DNA from: a virus
Length of the DNA: 64,000 nt
IMG/VR virus record: IMGVR_UViG_3300045988_168437
Direction: 5' to 3' (one strand)
Position numbers and translations under genes: made by a program. How positions within the stretch are numbered: the stretch's first letter is position 1; the number at the start of each line of letters is the position of its first letter. A model generated the notes under the pieces. That model did not search any database and had not been told where the DNA came from. It saw only the letters and a program-made list of their open reading frames with translations. This document shows positions 61,489 to 64,000 of the stretch, in pieces.

Positions 61489-61983
61489 ATGAATTTAGGT
61501 GGAATAATATACGATTCTGTTGTAGATGGAGACGGAATTAGAAATACAATTTTTGTTAGTGGTTGTTTACATAAATGTAAATCCTGTCAAAATCCTCAAA
61601 CATGGGATTTCAATTATGGTTATCCATTTACTTATGAACTGCAAGAATCCTTCATAGAGGAATGCAAAGAAAATATTATGCTAGATGGCATAACAATAAG
61701 TGGAGGAGACCCAATATATAGCTACAAAGACCTTGTTCCTTTTTTAACAAAATATAAAGAAAAAAATCCAACACATACAATTTGGTTATATACAGGATTT
61801 AGATTTGAAGAAATTAAAGAAAATCCAATTCTTAAATATATAGATGTATTAGTAGATGGAGAATACATAAATGAATTAAAAGACTTAACCTTAAGGTTTA
61901 GAGGTTCATCAAATCAAAGAATTATAGATGTTCAAAAATCTTTAAAGCAAAATAAAATAATAGAATATATAGGTGAGAATTAA
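61489..61983 (+). CDS. nrdG: anaerobic RNR activating protein (radical SAM)
   Basis: DGDGIRNTIFVSGCLHKCKSCQNP (CxxxCxxC), immediately downstream of nrdD. Confidence 0.9.
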   Translation: MNLGGIIYDSVVDGDGIRNTIFVSGCLHKCKSCQNPQTWDFNYGYPFTYELQESFIEECKENIMLDGITISGGDPIYSYKDLVPFLTKYKEKNPTHTIWLYTGFRFEEIKENPILKYIDVLVDGEYINELKDLTLRFRGSSNQRIIDVQKSLKQNKIIEYIGEN

Positions 61984-61986
61984 TTT

Positions 61987-62457
61987 ATGAATAGAAAATT
62001 ATGTATTGAAGATTTAATAATATATGCTCTAAGAGGAATTGATTATGCCGAAACTAAGAAGGGAGGTGAATTAATGCGAAAATTAGATACAATACAAACT
62101 AAAGAAAACTTAAACGACATTTATGCAATAGATAATATTGGACCAGGTGGAGCAAATCATCAATATATGATTGTTCCAAATGGAACTCAGGTAACAGAAG
62201 AAACACTCAACTATGGATATTTAAATAAAATCCAAATGCAATGCGGCCCAAGAAATGAGACAAATCTAGCAAATGGATTACTCCCTAATGATTTATTAGA
62301 GATAGCTAGAGATGTGCTAAAGGGTTTTCAATCAAGTGACTTTGCAAATATATATAATGAAAAAGCATTAGGACATATTGAAATAGCTTTACTATATCTT
62401 AATAAAAGAGTAGAAGACAGAATAAAAAGACAGGTGTTAGGCAAATATGAAAAATAA
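61987..62457 (+). CDS. conserved-looking phage protein of unknown function
   Basis: ORF track. The start is uncertain; an internal Met at MRKLDT is possible. Confidence 0.55.
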   Translation: MNRKLCIEDLIIYALRGIDYAETKKGGELMRKLDTIQTKENLNDIYAIDNIGPGGANHQYMIVPNGTQVTEETLNYGYLNKIQMQCGPRNETNLANGLLPNDLLEIARDVLKGFQSSDFANIYNEKALGHIEIALLYLNKRVEDRIKRQVLGKYEK

Positions 62458-62659
62458 TCATGAAACATCTAAATATATAATATCAATTCTTGCAGTAGTT
62501 GGAATTATGTCTATTACTGTAGTAACAATTGCATATATATGTGTAATATTTAATCTTGACGTAAACAACTATGAATCATTTGTTAAAGTATTACTTATAA
62601 CAATTTTAATAGGCGGAACTTTATTTATAGCCAATGAAATAGACAAAATATCAAAATAG
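62447..62659 (+). CDS. small two-TM membrane protein
   Basis: ORF track; hydrophobic. Confidence 0.55.
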   Translation: MKNNHETSKYIISILAVVGIMSITVVTIAYICVIFNLDVNNYESFVKVLLITILIGGTLFIANEIDKISK

Positions 62660-62701
62660 AAAAAGTGGGAACAAAGAAAAATAATAATTAGGAGTGATAA
62701 T

Positions 62702-62938
62702 ATGAAAATATATCCAAAAACTTTTAAGGTACTTGATGTAGTTAAAGGTAAATATAACCACATCACTGCATTAAAAGGAGCTACATTACAAATAGTTTCT
62801 TTTGGAAAACTAAGTTATCTATTATTTGATAATAAAATATGGATAAAAGAATTTAACAAACAAATAACTTATTTAGAATCTAAAAATGTATATCACTTAG
62901 AGTCTAAAGTAGGATTATTTGTATTGGCAGAAGTTTAG
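62702..62938 (+). CDS. hypothetical protein
   Basis: ORF track with AGGAGTG SD. Confidence 0.6.
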   Translation: MKIYPKTFKVLDVVKGKYNHITALKGATLQIVSFGKLSYLLFDNKIWIKEFNKQITYLESKNVYHLESKVGLFVLAEV

Positions 62939-62946
62939 GAGGCAGT

Positions 62947-63510
62947 ATGAATCTATTTTTAATATGTGGAAAATCAAATAGCGGTAAAGATAGTTTAGTA
63001 AATGCTTTAATACAAAATCCTTTTTGTCATGTAGAAAAAGCAATAAACTTTACCACTAGACCAAAAAGAGAAGGAGAAGTTGACGGACTTACATATAATT
63101 TCATTACAGAACAAGACTTTGAAGAAAAGCTTAGAAATGGAGAAATACTAGAATACGAATCATATCAAATAGATTCAGAAAACACTAACTGGCTATATGG
63201 CTCTATAAAAGGTGAGTTGACTAAATCAGATAATGTAGTAGTAATAGTAAATCCAAAAGGCTTAAAATCCATTCTAGCAACTGATTTAGTCCCTTATATA
63301 ACCACAATACTAATAGAATGTGATGACAAGATTCGCCTACAAAGAGCTTTAGTCAGAGATTCTAATGTTAAAGAAATTATTGATAGATATTTGCGTGATG
63401 AAAAAGACTTTGAACATACAGATTTATATGACTATAAAATAAATAATAAAGACTTTTGTAAAGCTTATAATGAGCTTTTAGCAATAATAAAATCTAAACA
63501 AGGAGAATAA
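62947..63510 (+). CDS. guanylate-kinase-like (d)NMP kinase
   Basis: P-loop GKSNSGKDS and TTRPKREGEVDGLTYNFI. Confidence 0.7.
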   Translation: MNLFLICGKSNSGKDSLVNALIQNPFCHVEKAINFTTRPKREGEVDGLTYNFITEQDFEEKLRNGEILEYESYQIDSENTNWLYGSIKGELTKSDNVVVIVNPKGLKSILATDLVPYITTILIECDDKIRLQRALVRDSNVKEIIDRYLRDEKDFEHTDLYDYKINNKDFCKAYNELLAIIKSKQGE

Positions 63511-63511
63511 T

Positions 63512-63889
63512 ATGGATAAAGAAAATTATTTAATTATGACGAAGATATTAAAAAATGAAGGAAAGACTTTATTAGATTGCAAAGAAGAAACTGTTTCAAA
63601 TTTTTTAGAATTTATAGGATTTAAATTAACTTTTCAAAGTTCAAAAATTTGTTATCAAAAATATATTGTAATTAACAAATCTCAATATAGAATAACGATA
63701 TCTCCAAAAACATATAACGAATGTGATATATCTATTTGGAATATTACTAAAAATTCTCCATTTGAACACACAGAAAAAATAATTTTTGAAGATGGGAAAA
63801 GCAGAGTAATTCCTATTTGTAATAAAATTATGCAAGGATTTGAAGACTTAGAGGAAGACTTAACTGAATTAAAATTAAAATATAAGTAA
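63512..63889 (+). CDS. hypothetical protein
   Basis: ORF track. Confidence 0.6.
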   Translation: MDKENYLIMTKILKNEGKTLLDCKEETVSNFLEFIGFKLTFQSSKICYQKYIVINKSQYRITISPKTYNECDISIWNITKNSPFEHTEKIIFEDGKSRVIPICNKIMQGFEDLEEDLTELKLKYK

Positions 63890-63899
63890 GGAGAATAAT

Positions 63900-64000
63900 A
63901 TGGATATTAGAGATTTAGAAAAAAGAATAAGTAATGAAATAGAATATGTTAAATTGCTCCTTAATGAAAGACTTGATGAAGTGAATATTTTAATAAAAAA
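63900..64000 (+). CDS. hypothetical protein, N-terminal fragment (runs off the right edge)
   Basis: ATG follows AAGGAGAA and the frame stays open to the window end. Confidence 0.45.
   Translation, partial: MDIRDLEKRISNEIEYVKLLLNERLDEVNILIK

Overview
This is a very AT-rich window from a low-GC, anaerobe-type (Firmicutes/Fusobacteria-like) phage or phage-plasmid. It covers the early, accessory and replication regions.

Layout:
- 1-3834: minus-strand genes ending in a type II (ParM/ParR-like) partition cassette, with four upstream AATATATCATTA repeats (parC-like).
- 3840-6290: a 2.4-kb gene desert with iterons, inverted repeats, a G-rich island and three strong sigma-70-type promoters facing right.
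- 6293-14814: an operon of about 19 small, mostly acidic ORFs, including RadC-like and DUF1874-like proteins. Nearly every intergenic spacer carries a self-cleaving-ribozyme candidate. I can fold six HDV-like, six type II hammerhead and two twister (type P1) motifs by eye, all with covarying helices. This is the stand-out feature of the window.
- 14848-64000: plus-strand transcription units driven by a stereotyped TTGACA-N17-TATAAT promoter family. They encode:
  - recombinases, two Rep-like paralogues, a sigma factor and a Bro-N antirepressor;
  - a solo TnpB, a DHH phosphoesterase and a SLOG-like protein;
  - SSB, Erf, DnaB, primase, RecJ, DnaE and NrdDG;
  - a split multi-TRD C5 methyltransferase, an ADP-ribosylglycohydrolase and a beta-CASP nuclease.

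All calls come from reading the sequence and ORF translations. No database search or folding program was run.
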